A stretch of DNA of 64,000 bases from a candidate division WOR-3 bacterium. Lineage in GTDB: Bacteria; Hydrothermota; Hydrothermia; B15-G9. A model generated the notes under the pieces. That model saw only the letters and a program-made list of their open reading frames with translations, was not told where the DNA came from and did not search any database. Location: assembly GCA_015489175.1 (NCBI GenBank), contig WGAI01000012.1:36307-100306 (forward strand), written 5' to 3'. Of the stretch, positions 19,714 through 29,415 are shown piece by piece. Every line of letters starts with the position of its first letter. Positions within the stretch are counted from its first letter, which is position 1. Both the position numbers and the translations under genes were made by a program.

Positions 19714-20695
19714 GCTGTTTGATTCTGGAGACGAGCTCAGGCAATTTCATCATCAGTGAATAGGCTTTGAGGAACTTCATGTGCTCGGTGACATAATACC
19801 CTGCGTAAAGCTTCCCTGGTGCAAGGTCTTTGTGGACGCCAGTCTTCGCCGTTATGACAGCGCCTCGGCCAATTTTCAGGTGGTCGGCTATGCCCACGAA
19901 GCCAGCAATTACCACATCGTCCTCGACCACCGAGCTGCCGGCTACGCCGCTGTTGCCGGCTATGACCACATTGCGCCCAATTTTGACATTGTGGCCAACC
20001 TGAACAAGGTTGTCGATCTTCGTGCCCTTTCGGATGACCGTTTCGCCGATCGTCGCCCTGTCAACACAGGTGTTTGCGCCAAGCTCCACATCGTCCTCGA
20101 TCACGACGGTGCCTATCTGCGGAATTTTGACATATTCGTCTCCCATGCGCCTGAAGCCAAATCCGTCGGCTCCAAGTTTCACACCGGCGTGGAGTATCAC
20201 CCTGTTGCCGACCCGCACATTGTAGCCGATGAAGACGAACGGGTGGATGACCGTATCTTCGCCTACCACCGCATTTTGACCGATGTATGCGAAAGGATGG
20301 ATGACCGTGTTTTTGCCTATCCTTGCGCCCCTGTCGATGAATGCAAACGGACGGACGACAACCCCATCCTCAAGTTTCGCTTCAGGATGGACATAGGCCA
20401 TATCGCTTATTCCAGCGCTGTATGTGGGCTCTTCGCTGAATGTCCTGAGCAGCTTGATGAAAGTTGACTGGATGTCATCGACGACTATGGTGCAGCGGGC
20501 ATCGACGGACGGGAGAGGTTCTGGCGCGACAACACAGTTGAACTTCCTGCCCGACAGTAGATTGGCCTTCTTCATGTCCAGCAAAATGACAAGGTTGTTT
20601 TCCAATGCTGTTTCTATCGGAGCTATCTTCCCGACTTCTACATCTTCGCCGATGAGCTTGCCGTTCAGTATTTTTGTGAGCTCAGATGCCTTCAT
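19658..20695 (-). CDS. lpxD: UDP-3-O-(3-hydroxyacyl)glucosamine N-acyltransferase
   Basis: N-terminal LpxD domain, hexapeptide-repeat left-handed beta-helix (IGKNTVIHPFAYIGQNAVVGEDTVIHPFVFIG...), C-terminal helix. 345 aa. Confidence 0.9.
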   Translation of the reverse strand: MKASELTKILNGKLIGEDVEVGKIAPIETALENNLVILLDMKKANLLSGRKFNCVVAPEPLPSVDARCTIVVDDIQSTFIKLLRTFSEEPTYSAGISDMAYVHPEAKLEDGVVVRPFAFIDRGARIGKNTVIHPFAYIGQNAVVGEDTVIHPFVFIGYNVRVGNRVILHAGVKLGADGFGFRRMGDEYVKIPQIGTVVIEDDVELGANTCVDRATIGETVIRKGTKIDNLVQVGHNVKIGRNVVIAGNSGVAGSSVVEDDVVIAGFVGIADHLKIGRGAVITAKTGVHKDLAPGKLYAGYYVTEHMKFLKAYSLMMKLPELVSRIKQLEQEVERLRRLVDERDGE

Positions 20696-20710
20696 TGACT
20701 ACCTCCTATC

Positions 20711-20735
20711 GAAAAAGGGGCGGCGTAGCCGCCCC
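20711..20735 (-). terminator. rho-independent terminator of dacB (minus strand)
   Basis: On the minus strand: GGGGCGGC-TAC-GCCGCCCC followed by TTTTTCG. Confidence 0.8.
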
Positions 20736-20769
20736 TAATGATTAAATTACCCGTTTGATGGTTGCACAC

Positions 20770-22338
20770 TCATTTTTGAGGCTGAACCGTCGCCGTTGTG
20801 TCTGTTTTTCCGACATAGCACTCGTAGATGGCCTTAACTATCTCATCCTGAACGGCTTGTGCGGGCTTTGCTGAGCCCACAAAGTTGTTCATCAGGATGG
20901 AGAACACAACCGGGGGCTTGTTTTCGGGCCAGACATAGCCAGTGAGCGCCGATACGCCTGACATCGTGCCTGTTTTCGCACGCACATGGCGGCCGCCGCT
21001 GTCCCATACCATGCGTTTCTCAAGTGTGCCGTCAATTCCGCCAACGGGCATCGCGGTCAGGAACTCCGGCATGAGCTTCCTGTTCTTGAATGCCCATCTC
21101 AAAAGCGCCACATGCAGTTTTGGCGAAACGAGGTCATACCTTGAGAGACCGGAGCCGTCAACGAGGCGGAACTGGAGTGTGTCCGCTCCGAGCACCTCAT
21201 CCGACAGCATCTTTTTGACAGCGGCTATCCCTTTTGCGGCCGTGCCGGGAGGCGAATCAGTTGCCGCACCAACGGCTTTGAGCAGCATCTCGGCCTTCTG
21301 GTTGTTGCTTGCCTTCAGCATGTCAGCCACTATCTCGAAAAGCGGCTTTGAACCATGCACATACACCAGCTCGGCATCCGATGGAACGGTGTCACGCCTC
21401 ACACGCCCTCTAACTTTTATGCCCAGCTGCTTGAGCATAGATGCGAACACATAGCCGACATGGAGCGTGGGATTGTCGATGTTCCTGTAACGGATGATGT
21501 TGTCAGTGTTCACATTTATGTTGCCTTTCACCACGACCCAGTTTTCGTTGTCCTTGATCACCCTATCGACGAGAATCCTGCTCCTTCCTGTGTCCGTAGT
21601 GATGGCCTCATTTTTGACCTTTATGAAATTGGATGGCGGGTAGATCGAAATCTTTGGCGGGCGGCCGGGCTTCGTCGGCCAGACTGTAACCTCGATGATG
21701 TTCCAGTCGAGCGAGAGCGCGCTGAGCCGTGCCATGAACGGGTATGGATCATCGTCCCACATCCACCCGTGACCAAGCCTCAGTGTGTCGTAATACGAGT
21801 CATCCACAATGATGTCGTTGACCTTTTTGACGCCCAACTGTGCGAAATGCACCGCCATCCCGTAGAGGTCGCCTGTGGAGAAGGATGGGTCGCCGAAGCC
21901 CTTAAGGTAAACATTCGCCTTTTTGTCAATGTAGAGGTTGGTCAGGAATTTGTATTCCGAGCCGAGATAGTGGAGCGCTGCGACGGCTGTGAATACCTTT
22001 GCTGTCGATGCAGGCGTAAAAAGTTTATCCCCGTTTCTGCTGAAGAGCATGTTCCCGTGTATGTCGGAGACGAACACCCCGGTGACGGCCGTGCCAAGTG
22101 CTGTGGCTGTGTCGATTGCGGTGTTGATCCGTCTGGCAAGTTCTGCGGTGTCGATTATCGTCGATTGAGCGTGTGCAAGGCTGTCGGCCACTTTTTGATA
22201 CACAATTTGTTTCTGGGCTTGCACCCTCAAAGGCTTATTTGTGGCGCAACCGCTTACTATCAGAAATGCAAGAACCGCTAATTTAACCGTTTTTTTCATC
22301 ATGCCTATGATTTTAACCTCCTGACGAGACTCAAACAA
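20770..22338 (-). CDS. dacB: D-alanyl-D-alanine carboxypeptidase/endopeptidase (PBP4, peptidase S13), lipoprotein
   Basis: SxxK (PASTAKV), SNN and KTGT motifs in S13 order. Lipobox LIVSGC. The true start is probably the internal MMKKTVKL (about 22302). Confidence 0.85.
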   Translation of the reverse strand: MFESRQEVKIIGMMKKTVKLAVLAFLIVSGCATNKPLRVQAQKQIVYQKVADSLAHAQSTIIDTAELARRINTAIDTATALGTAVTGVFVSDIHGNMLFSRNGDKLFTPASTAKVFTAVAALHYLGSEYKFLTNLYIDKKANVYLKGFGDPSFSTGDLYGMAVHFAQLGVKKVNDIIVDDSYYDTLRLGHGWMWDDDPYPFMARLSALSLDWNIIEVTVWPTKPGRPPKISIYPPSNFIKVKNEAITTDTGRSRILVDRVIKDNENWVVVKGNINVNTDNIIRYRNIDNPTLHVGYVFASMLKQLGIKVRGRVRRDTVPSDAELVYVHGSKPLFEIVADMLKASNNQKAEMLLKAVGAATDSPPGTAAKGIAAVKKMLSDEVLGADTLQFRLVDGSGLSRYDLVSPKLHVALLRWAFKNRKLMPEFLTAMPVGGIDGTLEKRMVWDSGGRHVRAKTGTMSGVSALTGYVWPENKPPVVFSILMNNFVGSAKPAQAVQDEIVKAIYECYVGKTDTTATVQPQK

Positions 22339-22442
22339 ATTTTTAGTTTCTCATGCATAAAACTCATGCCGCATTGTGCTTTAATTGGTAAAATGCTCTC
22401 CTAATCGATAAAATATCCTGCCAGATAAAGGAGGAGGTAGTT

Positions 22443-25400
22443 ATGACAGCGTTGATTTATGCATTGATCGCTTTAAACATGCGGCTTTCAATTGATTTAG
22501 GTGAAAATTTTTCGATTTTCCGTTCCGACAGCGGCGAAATCATCCAGATGGACGGCGCTGTTCCGTTGCTGGAGTATGGCGAGCCGGAACTCCCGATAAA
22601 GCCGATCTTCGTCTCGATACCTCAGGGCTACTCCATAGGTAGCGTTGAGGTTTTAAATGCGGACAGCATTAAGGTAGATGTGGATTGGGATGACCTTTTG
22701 CGCAACATGGCAGAGGAATTTTCCAATGATCACGGCAAAAATTCGCTTTCCAGCCGTTATAGCTCAAACATCGTGGAGCTTCTAAATACATGGACATCGT
22801 TTGGTTTCAGGATTGGGGTGTTAAATGTTTATCCAGTGAGGCATAACGAGAGCACAGGGGAGACCTTTCTGGTTAATCACATAGATGTTGAGCTAAACCT
22901 CGTTCCGACGAGTTACGGGACCCCCACCGTCATGAGGCGCAGCGATTTTGAGTATGTTAAGCGCGTTCTGGGCACGCTTGTCGTCAACCCTTATGACCTT
23001 GATGTGAACTCGCCGTCCCTGAGGCTTGTCGATAAGGTCGATGTAACCTCGAACATCTACCCCTATGTGATAATCACCAGGGACGAGCTTGTGCCCTATT
23101 TCGATGAGCTTACGGCCATTTTCGCCATGGAAGGGTATCCGAGCATCGTCAGATCGATTTCATGGATAGAATCGCATTACACCGGAAGTGACAGACTTGA
23201 GAGAGTCCGTAACTTTATACGCGACATGTATCTACATCATGGCACGGTGTGGGTTCTACTTGGCGCCGACAGCCCGTTCCTCCCCTCGAGGGTGGTCAAC
23301 ATTCCCATAGGCACGGGCTACTACGACGATGTCCCGACAGACCTTTATTTTTCTTGCCTTGACGGCACATGGGACAGAAACGGCAACGGCCATTATGCTG
23401 AGCTTGAAGATAGTGTTGATCTCATGCCAGATGTGTTCGTCGGGCGCGTTACTTTTCAGGATTCAGCTGAGATCGCCAATGTCGTGCGCAAATACCTTGC
23501 CTATGTTTCGCCATCCGACACGAGCTATTCGGCAACCTCGATGTTCGTTGGTGCTGACCTGTTTTCGAGCGGAGATGGTGCTTCACTCTGCGAAGAATTG
23601 GCCTCCTATGTTCCTTCGAACTTCAACATCATCCGCATGTATGAGACGAATTCACACGATAACTCGTTGTCCGATTTCATGGATGCGATCAACAACGGCG
23701 TCGGACTGGTCACAATGGAGGTTCACGGGTGGTACACATTTATCAATCTCAACTCCACGCCTCGCATTTCGTTCACTTACAACAACGCCGACACACTTGC
23801 GAACATAGACAGGCCAGCGGTTTTCAACATCGTATCCTGTGAGACGGGTGGATTTGACCGCGAATGCATCGTCGAGCACATGATGCGTGCGCCGGGCGGC
23901 GCAATCGCGGTCCTATCGAGCACGAGAAACAACTATCCGTATGTGGTTCAGCCATACAACATTATGTTCTTCCAGAGACTTTACCAGAACCATATAAGGG
24001 AAATTGCGGCACTCGACCTGTTGTCCAGAAGCGTTTTTTTGGCTTACTCAGGCGCTTACAACCACTCGAGATATGCGCTGTTTTCATACAACCTCATGGG
24101 AATGCCACAGCTAAGGCTCTGGAGCAGCGTGCCGTCGAGGACGCATTTCGTGAATGTGCCTCCGTTCGTCTCAACAGGGCTTCAGGACATAACTGTGACA
24201 CTTGTAGATAACAACGGTAATCCGTTGCCCGGAAAGGTGGTATCGGTTTACAAAACGGGCGAAACCTACGACATCGACACCACCGACGCCAGCGGAAGGG
24301 CAAGCTTCACGATAAGCCCATTGACCCCCGGCCCGCTCTACATCGGCAGCTTCGATCCGACCATCACAGCCGTCGTCGAGACCGTGGTCGTCACATCAGG
24401 CACAGGTGTCCCGTTTCTCGCATCTTACGATGTCACATATCCGTCGGTTGTCTCCGCAGGTGACAGCGTTGAACTCAGCCTTTCCATCGGCAATGACGGT
24501 GTTGCCAGCTTCTCCAACATCGTGGTGCAGGCTGAAGATATCGATACGGCCATCGACCTGCTGGTAGATTCCCTGTTGTTGGATTCCTTGCCGAGGATGG
24601 ACACGGTTGATGTAGAGGAACCGCTTGTTCTGCGTGTGCACGATGGGGTGACTGATGGCTATGTGGCCTCAATTCCAGTTATCTTCAAGCGAGGCAGCGA
24701 GATCATGAGCGTTGACACGATAGGCCTTGAGGTAGCAGCCCCGCAAATCACATTGATACGCAAGAGGATCGAGCATCATGTTGGCAGCCAAATTTACAAA
24801 CTGTGGCCCGTTATCAGCAACTACGGCAATGGGATAGCCAGACATGTTTCGGTGCGGCTTCTGGGGGCTGACAACATCGCACTTATCGATTCCAGCGCCA
24901 AAGTGGGCGACATCGAACCGTTCTCCGAAGCCATGCCCGATAACCCGCTGAGATTTATGCTATACGGCCCGACGCCCGATCTGACGCTCACGATCAGGGT
25001 GCAGGCGGACAACATCATGGGTTATCAGGATTTCCATGTTACTTTCTCGGAGATTGCGAGGCCTGAAAGCGTCGATGTTTCCACAAACATCTCGGGCATA
25101 AAACTCAGATGGCACCCTGTGGACGACGGAGGGCTGCGCGGCTACATCGTCTATCGTGCGCTCAACAGCCACAAGTTCAGCCCGATAACGAGCTATCCGC
25201 TTGATCACCCGGAATTTGTCGATGTTAATGTCGAATACGGGCACACTTACCGCTACTTTGTGGTGGCAGTTGATACATCTGGAACCGAGAGTCCCACATC
25301 TGACACCGTTGAAGGGTTTTATTATCAAGAGCTTAACGGATGGCCGGTTGTTGTCATGGGTCCCTCTGCGCCGCTGATCGCTGATATCGACCCGTATCCG

Positions 25401-26858
25401 GGCAAGGAGATCATACTCGGCTCTGAGGACGGCAAAGTTTATGCCTTCCATGACGATGGTACGCCTGTCGATGGCTGGCCTGTTGACATCGGCGGAACGG
25501 TCATAACAAGCCCTGCCGCCGGAGACCTCGATGGCGATGGCTATGATGAGGTGGTCGTGATACCAGGCAATCGCCATTCGTATCTCTACGCCCTCAACGG
25601 AGATGGCACACCGGTTGATGGCTGGCCGAAGGACATCTGCGGCCGATCATGGGCTGCTCCGACGCTTTACGACCTTGATGGAGACGGCCATCTCGAGGTT
25701 ATTGTGCACTCCACATGCGGCAAACTTTATGCTTTCAGGTCTAACGGCTCACCATACCTATCTGACACGAGCGGTGTCTTTTACGACCTACCTGAGCCCA
25801 GCGGTGGGTTTGCCGAGATCGCAGTCGCCGACATCAACAACGACGGCACACCGGAAGTCGTTACAGGTGACAGGTATGATGGAATTATCGCCATAACTTA
25901 CTACGGACAGGCGTTGCCTGGCTTTCCTGTGAACGGGACGCAGACGAGGACCGAGATTGCGGTCGCCGATTTCGTGCCGTCCGAGCCCGGACTTGAAATT
26001 GCGACCTATGTCGGCCGAAATACGATTTACATGGTAACAGCCGACGGGCGGATAGTGAGCGGCTGGCCTGTGGAGATCGGGGACACAAACGCCAATTTCT
26101 ACAACTTTTCAATGCATGTCATAGCCGCTGACATAGACAACGACAGCGTGCCCGAAGTGGTTTCAAACGCCAGCGATGGCATTCTGGCTTACAACGGCGA
26201 TGGAACGCCGGTCCATGGTTTCCCGTATCGGTTCAGGGAATACATGTATACCGAGCAATCGCCTGTGGCAGCGGATGTTGATGGCGATGGTTCCACCGAA
26301 GGATTTATGATCAGCTACTACAAGGTTTACGGCGTGGCGTCCGATGGCACTGATTACGGAAGCTTCCCGTTCGATGTCGTGTCAGGAAGCCATAAGACGC
26401 CTGCGATAGATGACATCGATGGTGACGGCGCCGCCGAGATGGTCATTCCGGCGTCGGACGGATTTGTCCATGTGATCAAGCTGCCCGGCTTATGGCATTT
26501 CAACGGATGGCCGCAATACCAGCACGACAAGCAGAAGACTGGCACATACGGGTTTGAGCCGAGACGGATAAACTCGTGCAATGAAGCTTTTCCTTCTCCA
26601 AAAACCGAGCTCAAAGGTGTGACCGCGACCGTCAACCGTGCTGAGGTGACTTTCATGGCATCCGTCAGGAGCGGAGCGAGGGTCTCGGTTCAAATATTCA
26701 GCGTGGATGGACGGCTTATCGATGAGATAAACAGCGTGGCCCGCAATAAGTGCTTCAGCCTGAAATGGAATGCCTCAGGTGTCCACAGCGGCGTCTATTT
26801 CTACAGGATGTCATCTGATGGTGTGGTGAAAACCGGCAAGTTCGTCGTAGTTAAGTGA
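22443..26858 (+). CDS. gingipain-like peptidase C25 fused to FN3, FG-GAP/VCBS beta-propeller repeats and T9SS C-terminal domain
   Basis: 1471 aa. C25 catalytic dyad context MEVHGWYTF...(about 35 aa)...NIVSCETGGFDRE...APGGAIAV. At least 6 FG-GAP-like Ca-binding repeats (DLDGDGYDEVVV, DLDGDGHLEVIV, DINNDGTPEVV, DIDNDSVPEVV, DVDGDGSTEG, DIDGDGAAEMVI). C-terminal ...SGVYFYRMSSDGVVKTGKFVVVK is a T9SS CTD. Confidence 0.75.
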   Translation: MTALIYALIALNMRLSIDLGENFSIFRSDSGEIIQMDGAVPLLEYGEPELPIKPIFVSIPQGYSIGSVEVLNADSIKVDVDWDDLLRNMAEEFSNDHGKNSLSSRYSSNIVELLNTWTSFGFRIGVLNVYPVRHNESTGETFLVNHIDVELNLVPTSYGTPTVMRRSDFEYVKRVLGTLVVNPYDLDVNSPSLRLVDKVDVTSNIYPYVIITRDELVPYFDELTAIFAMEGYPSIVRSISWIESHYTGSDRLERVRNFIRDMYLHHGTVWVLLGADSPFLPSRVVNIPIGTGYYDDVPTDLYFSCLDGTWDRNGNGHYAELEDSVDLMPDVFVGRVTFQDSAEIANVVRKYLAYVSPSDTSYSATSMFVGADLFSSGDGASLCEELASYVPSNFNIIRMYETNSHDNSLSDFMDAINNGVGLVTMEVHGWYTFINLNSTPRISFTYNNADTLANIDRPAVFNIVSCETGGFDRECIVEHMMRAPGGAIAVLSSTRNNYPYVVQPYNIMFFQRLYQNHIREIAALDLLSRSVFLAYSGAYNHSRYALFSYNLMGMPQLRLWSSVPSRTHFVNVPPFVSTGLQDITVTLVDNNGNPLPGKVVSVYKTGETYDIDTTDASGRASFTISPLTPGPLYIGSFDPTITAVVETVVVTSGTGVPFLASYDVTYPSVVSAGDSVELSLSIGNDGVASFSNIVVQAEDIDTAIDLLVDSLLLDSLPRMDTVDVEEPLVLRVHDGVTDGYVASIPVIFKRGSEIMSVDTIGLEVAAPQITLIRKRIEHHVGSQIYKLWPVISNYGNGIARHVSVRLLGADNIALIDSSAKVGDIEPFSEAMPDNPLRFMLYGPTPDLTLTIRVQADNIMGYQDFHVTFSEIARPESVDVSTNISGIKLRWHPVDDGGLRGYIVYRALNSHKFSPITSYPLDHPEFVDVNVEYGHTYRYFVVAVDTSGTESPTSDTVEGFYYQELNGWPVVVMGPSAPLIADIDPYPGKEIILGSEDGKVYAFHDDGTPVDGWPVDIGGTVITSPAAGDLDGDGYDEVVVIPGNRHSYLYALNGDGTPVDGWPKDICGRSWAAPTLYDLDGDGHLEVIVHSTCGKLYAFRSNGSPYLSDTSGVFYDLPEPSGGFAEIAVADINNDGTPEVVTGDRYDGIIAITYYGQALPGFPVNGTQTRTEIAVADFVPSEPGLEIATYVGRNTIYMVTADGRIVSGWPVEIGDTNANFYNFSMHVIAADIDNDSVPEVVSNASDGILAYNGDGTPVHGFPYRFREYMYTEQSPVAADVDGDGSTEGFMISYYKVYGVASDGTDYGSFPFDVVSGSHKTPAIDDIDGDGAAEMVIPASDGFVHVIKLPGLWHFNGWPQYQHDKQKTGTYGFEPRRINSCNEAFPSPKTELKGVTATVNRAEVTFMASVRSGARVSVQIFSVDGRLIDEINSVARNKCFSLKWNASGVHSGVYFYRMSSDGVVKTGKFVVVK

Positions 26859-28102
26859 AACCTCGCCTTCTGCTGGTAGCGTATTACTTTCCGCCCCATA
26901 ACTTTGTCGGGGCATACAGGCCGTTGAGGCTGGCTCGCTATCTGCACCGACGCGGATGGGAGATAACAGTTTTGTCAGCTCGTGGGCCTGAGAAAAGGCG
27001 GCGTGATCCTCAACTGCTGAGCTTCCTGTCTGAGGATGTGAGGGTTTTCAGAGTGCCTTCCCCCGAAGGCGGCGAGCCAAATGCCGGCCGAACTGCCATC
27101 TTCAAGAAATTTATCCGCGAAACGCTCAACCTTTTGATGTTTCCCGACAAAAAGGTGGTCTGGGCGCTAAGAGCAGCCCGCGCATCCGTGGCCATTATCA
27201 ACAGGTTCAAACCCGATGTGGTTCTTATCACAGCGCCTCCATATTCTGCGCTCATAACCGGGCTTGTCGCAACCAGATATGGGGTGCCGTGGGTGGCTGA
27301 TTTCCGCGATGCGTGGGTCAGGGATGCGCTCGGCGCTTACAGGACGCCAATTCACAGAAAACTGGCAGTGGAAGGCGAGCGGTGGGCGGTTAGGCGAGCC
27401 GCTGCCTGCACATTTGTCAACAGACGACTCATGCATGATGTCATGGAGAGGAATCCGATGGAGGCGCATAAATTCGTTCTTGTGAGAAACGGCTTTGACC
27501 CCGAAATGCTGCCTCAAGATGTTCATCTGTCCAAAGACTTTACGATATCCTACATCGGAACGCTATACGGGCACAGGAAACCTCATATCCTGCTCAGAGG
27601 CATCGCTGAGTTCAGAAAAATGGTCCCTGATGCGGAGATAAAGCTAATCTTTGTTGGCAGAAGCGAATTTGACATCGTTGGGGCAGCTGTGGAGTTCGGC
27701 TTACCAGTTGATTGGGTGAGGCACATTGACTTTTTGGGCTATTCTGAAGCTGCACGGATCGGGATGGCGTCCACCGCTCTATGGCTCATCGTCTCGCCGA
27801 AAGAAAAAGCTGCACCTCTCACAGCGCCCGGTAAACTCTACGATTACATCGGATTCATGCGCCCAATCATCGCATCGGTTCCTGACGGGATAGTTGCCGA
27901 ATTAGTCTCGTCTCTTGACGATAGCTTTGTCGTAGATCCGAACGATGCACATGGGCTGGCAGGCGCCATAGCCGAATTGTATCGCAGGTTTCAGAGCGGT
28001 CAGATCACGGTCAACAGGGAGGCAAGGATGGAATACCACATTGCGAAATCGGCAGCGGTTCTTGATGAGGTGCTGCGCAGGACGGCGAGGTTGCGTCGAT
28101 AA
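26855..28102 (+). CDS. glycosyltransferase family 4 (GT-B fold)
   Basis: N-terminal GT4-type start (LLLVAYYFPPHNFVGAYRPLRLARYL) and a C-terminal GT-B domain. Its ATGA start/stop overlaps the C25 gene. Confidence 0.75.
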   Translation: MKPRLLLVAYYFPPHNFVGAYRPLRLARYLHRRGWEITVLSARGPEKRRRDPQLLSFLSEDVRVFRVPSPEGGEPNAGRTAIFKKFIRETLNLLMFPDKKVVWALRAARASVAIINRFKPDVVLITAPPYSALITGLVATRYGVPWVADFRDAWVRDALGAYRTPIHRKLAVEGERWAVRRAAACTFVNRRLMHDVMERNPMEAHKFVLVRNGFDPEMLPQDVHLSKDFTISYIGTLYGHRKPHILLRGIAEFRKMVPDAEIKLIFVGRSEFDIVGAAVEFGLPVDWVRHIDFLGYSEAARIGMASTALWLIVSPKEKAAPLTAPGKLYDYIGFMRPIIASVPDGIVAELVSSLDDSFVVDPNDAHGLAGAIAELYRRFQSGQITVNREARMEYHIAKSAAVLDEVLRRTARLRR

Positions 28103-28143
28103 CCGTTCGGTCACGGCTGCGGCCGCTTTATAATCCATGCACC

Positions 28144-29277
28144 ATGCAATTGCTAGAGCTTAAAGCCGTTCACAGATTCAGTGATGAGGATTTCATGCGC
28201 CTTGCTCTCCAGCTCGCGGAGCTGGGCAGAGGTTTCACACGACCAAATCCGATGGTCGGCTCCGTGATCGTGCGGAATGGCAGGATAGTCGGCGTCGGAT
28301 ACCACAAGATGGCCGGTTTGCCTCATGCTGAACGGGTTGCGCTCGCGGATTCTGGAGAACGCGCGAGAGGTGGCACGATTTATGTCACGCTTGAACCATG
28401 CGTCCATTACGGCAGGACGCCGCCCTGCGCCGATGCGATAATCGAAGCCGGCCTCAAACGCGCAGTCATAGCCACACTTGATCCCAATCCGATCGTCCAC
28501 GGCAAAGGTGTGAAGAAACTGCGAGATGCCGGTCTGGATGTCACAGTGGGAGTTCTGGAACAGGAGGCCATCGAGCTCAACGAGGTGTTCTTCAAGTTCA
28601 TGCGCACCCACAAGCCCTTTGTAGCACTAAAGCTCGCCATGACCCTTGACGGTTTCATTGCGGACAGCACTGGGAAATCTAAGTGGATAAGCAACAACGC
28701 ATCAAGGCGATATGTGCATAAGCTGAGGGGGGAGTTCGATGTCATAGCGGTTGGCGTTGGCACCGTCATCGCCGATGATCCCATGCTCAACGCAAGGGAT
28801 TTTTACTCTCCGTTTCAGCCACACAGGTTGATTCTGGACTCCAGCTTGAGGATACCGGAGGACTCTAAAGTCGTCGCCACCGCCTATGAGATTCCGACGA
28901 TCGTCGTCACGACAAAATCCACCATCAGACCTATGCGCGAGAAGGCTGAACGGCTCAGGAAGAGCGGGGTCACCGTGTGGGCTGTGGACTCAGATGAGAA
29001 CGGACTGGTTGATATTGAAAAACTGCTGGAGCACGCTGCGGGTGAGAACATTCAGTCGATACTGTTTGAAGGTGGCTCAAGGGTCGCCGGCAGACTTATC
29101 CGACTTGGCATAATCGATAAACTTTACATATTCAGCTCTAACAGGATATTGGGCGATGGAATTGCACCTTTCGGCGGCATCAAACGGGCTATGGATGACG
29201 CTATGGACGGCTTTGTGCTGAAGCACATCGAAGAATTCGACGGCGATGTGCTCAAGGTTTACTCGAAAGGGGGATAG
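28144..29277 (+). CDS. ribD: bifunctional riboflavin biosynthesis protein RibD (deaminase + reductase)
   Basis: CDA zinc motifs HAE...PCxxC (GLPHAERVAL...LEPCVHYGRTPPCADA) plus a C-terminal RibD reductase domain. 377 aa. Confidence 0.9.
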   Translation: MQLLELKAVHRFSDEDFMRLALQLAELGRGFTRPNPMVGSVIVRNGRIVGVGYHKMAGLPHAERVALADSGERARGGTIYVTLEPCVHYGRTPPCADAIIEAGLKRAVIATLDPNPIVHGKGVKKLRDAGLDVTVGVLEQEAIELNEVFFKFMRTHKPFVALKLAMTLDGFIADSTGKSKWISNNASRRYVHKLRGEFDVIAVGVGTVIADDPMLNARDFYSPFQPHRLILDSSLRIPEDSKVVATAYEIPTIVVTTKSTIRPMREKAERLRKSGVTVWAVDSDENGLVDIEKLLEHAAGENIQSILFEGGSRVAGRLIRLGIIDKLYIFSSNRILGDGIAPFGGIKRAMDDAMDGFVLKHIEEFDGDVLKVYSKGG

Positions 29278-29362
29278 GTCGGGGGATGTGAGATACAGAG
29301 AATAAACCACCGGTTTTGCCAATTGAAATTTAGGATAGCCAACGGCAAATAGCCCTGCCTTG

Positions 29363-29392
29363 TTGACCTCAATTTTTGTAAAGCTTTAAAAT
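29363..29392 (+). promoter_or_regulatory. sigma70-like promoter upstream of the pyrophosphatase gene
   Basis: TTGACC, 17-18 nt spacer, TAAAAT (TTGACCtcaatttttgtaaagctTTAAAAT), about 25 nt upstream of the start codon. Confidence 0.4.
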
Positions 29393-29415
29393 TTTCAAAA
29401 ATAGGGGGATGAATT

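Noticed and set aside
21355-22281. 308-aa plus-strand ORF antisense to dacB
   Set aside because: It is nested in dacB, which has a clear SxxK/SNN/KTGT motif set. It is a shadow ORF.
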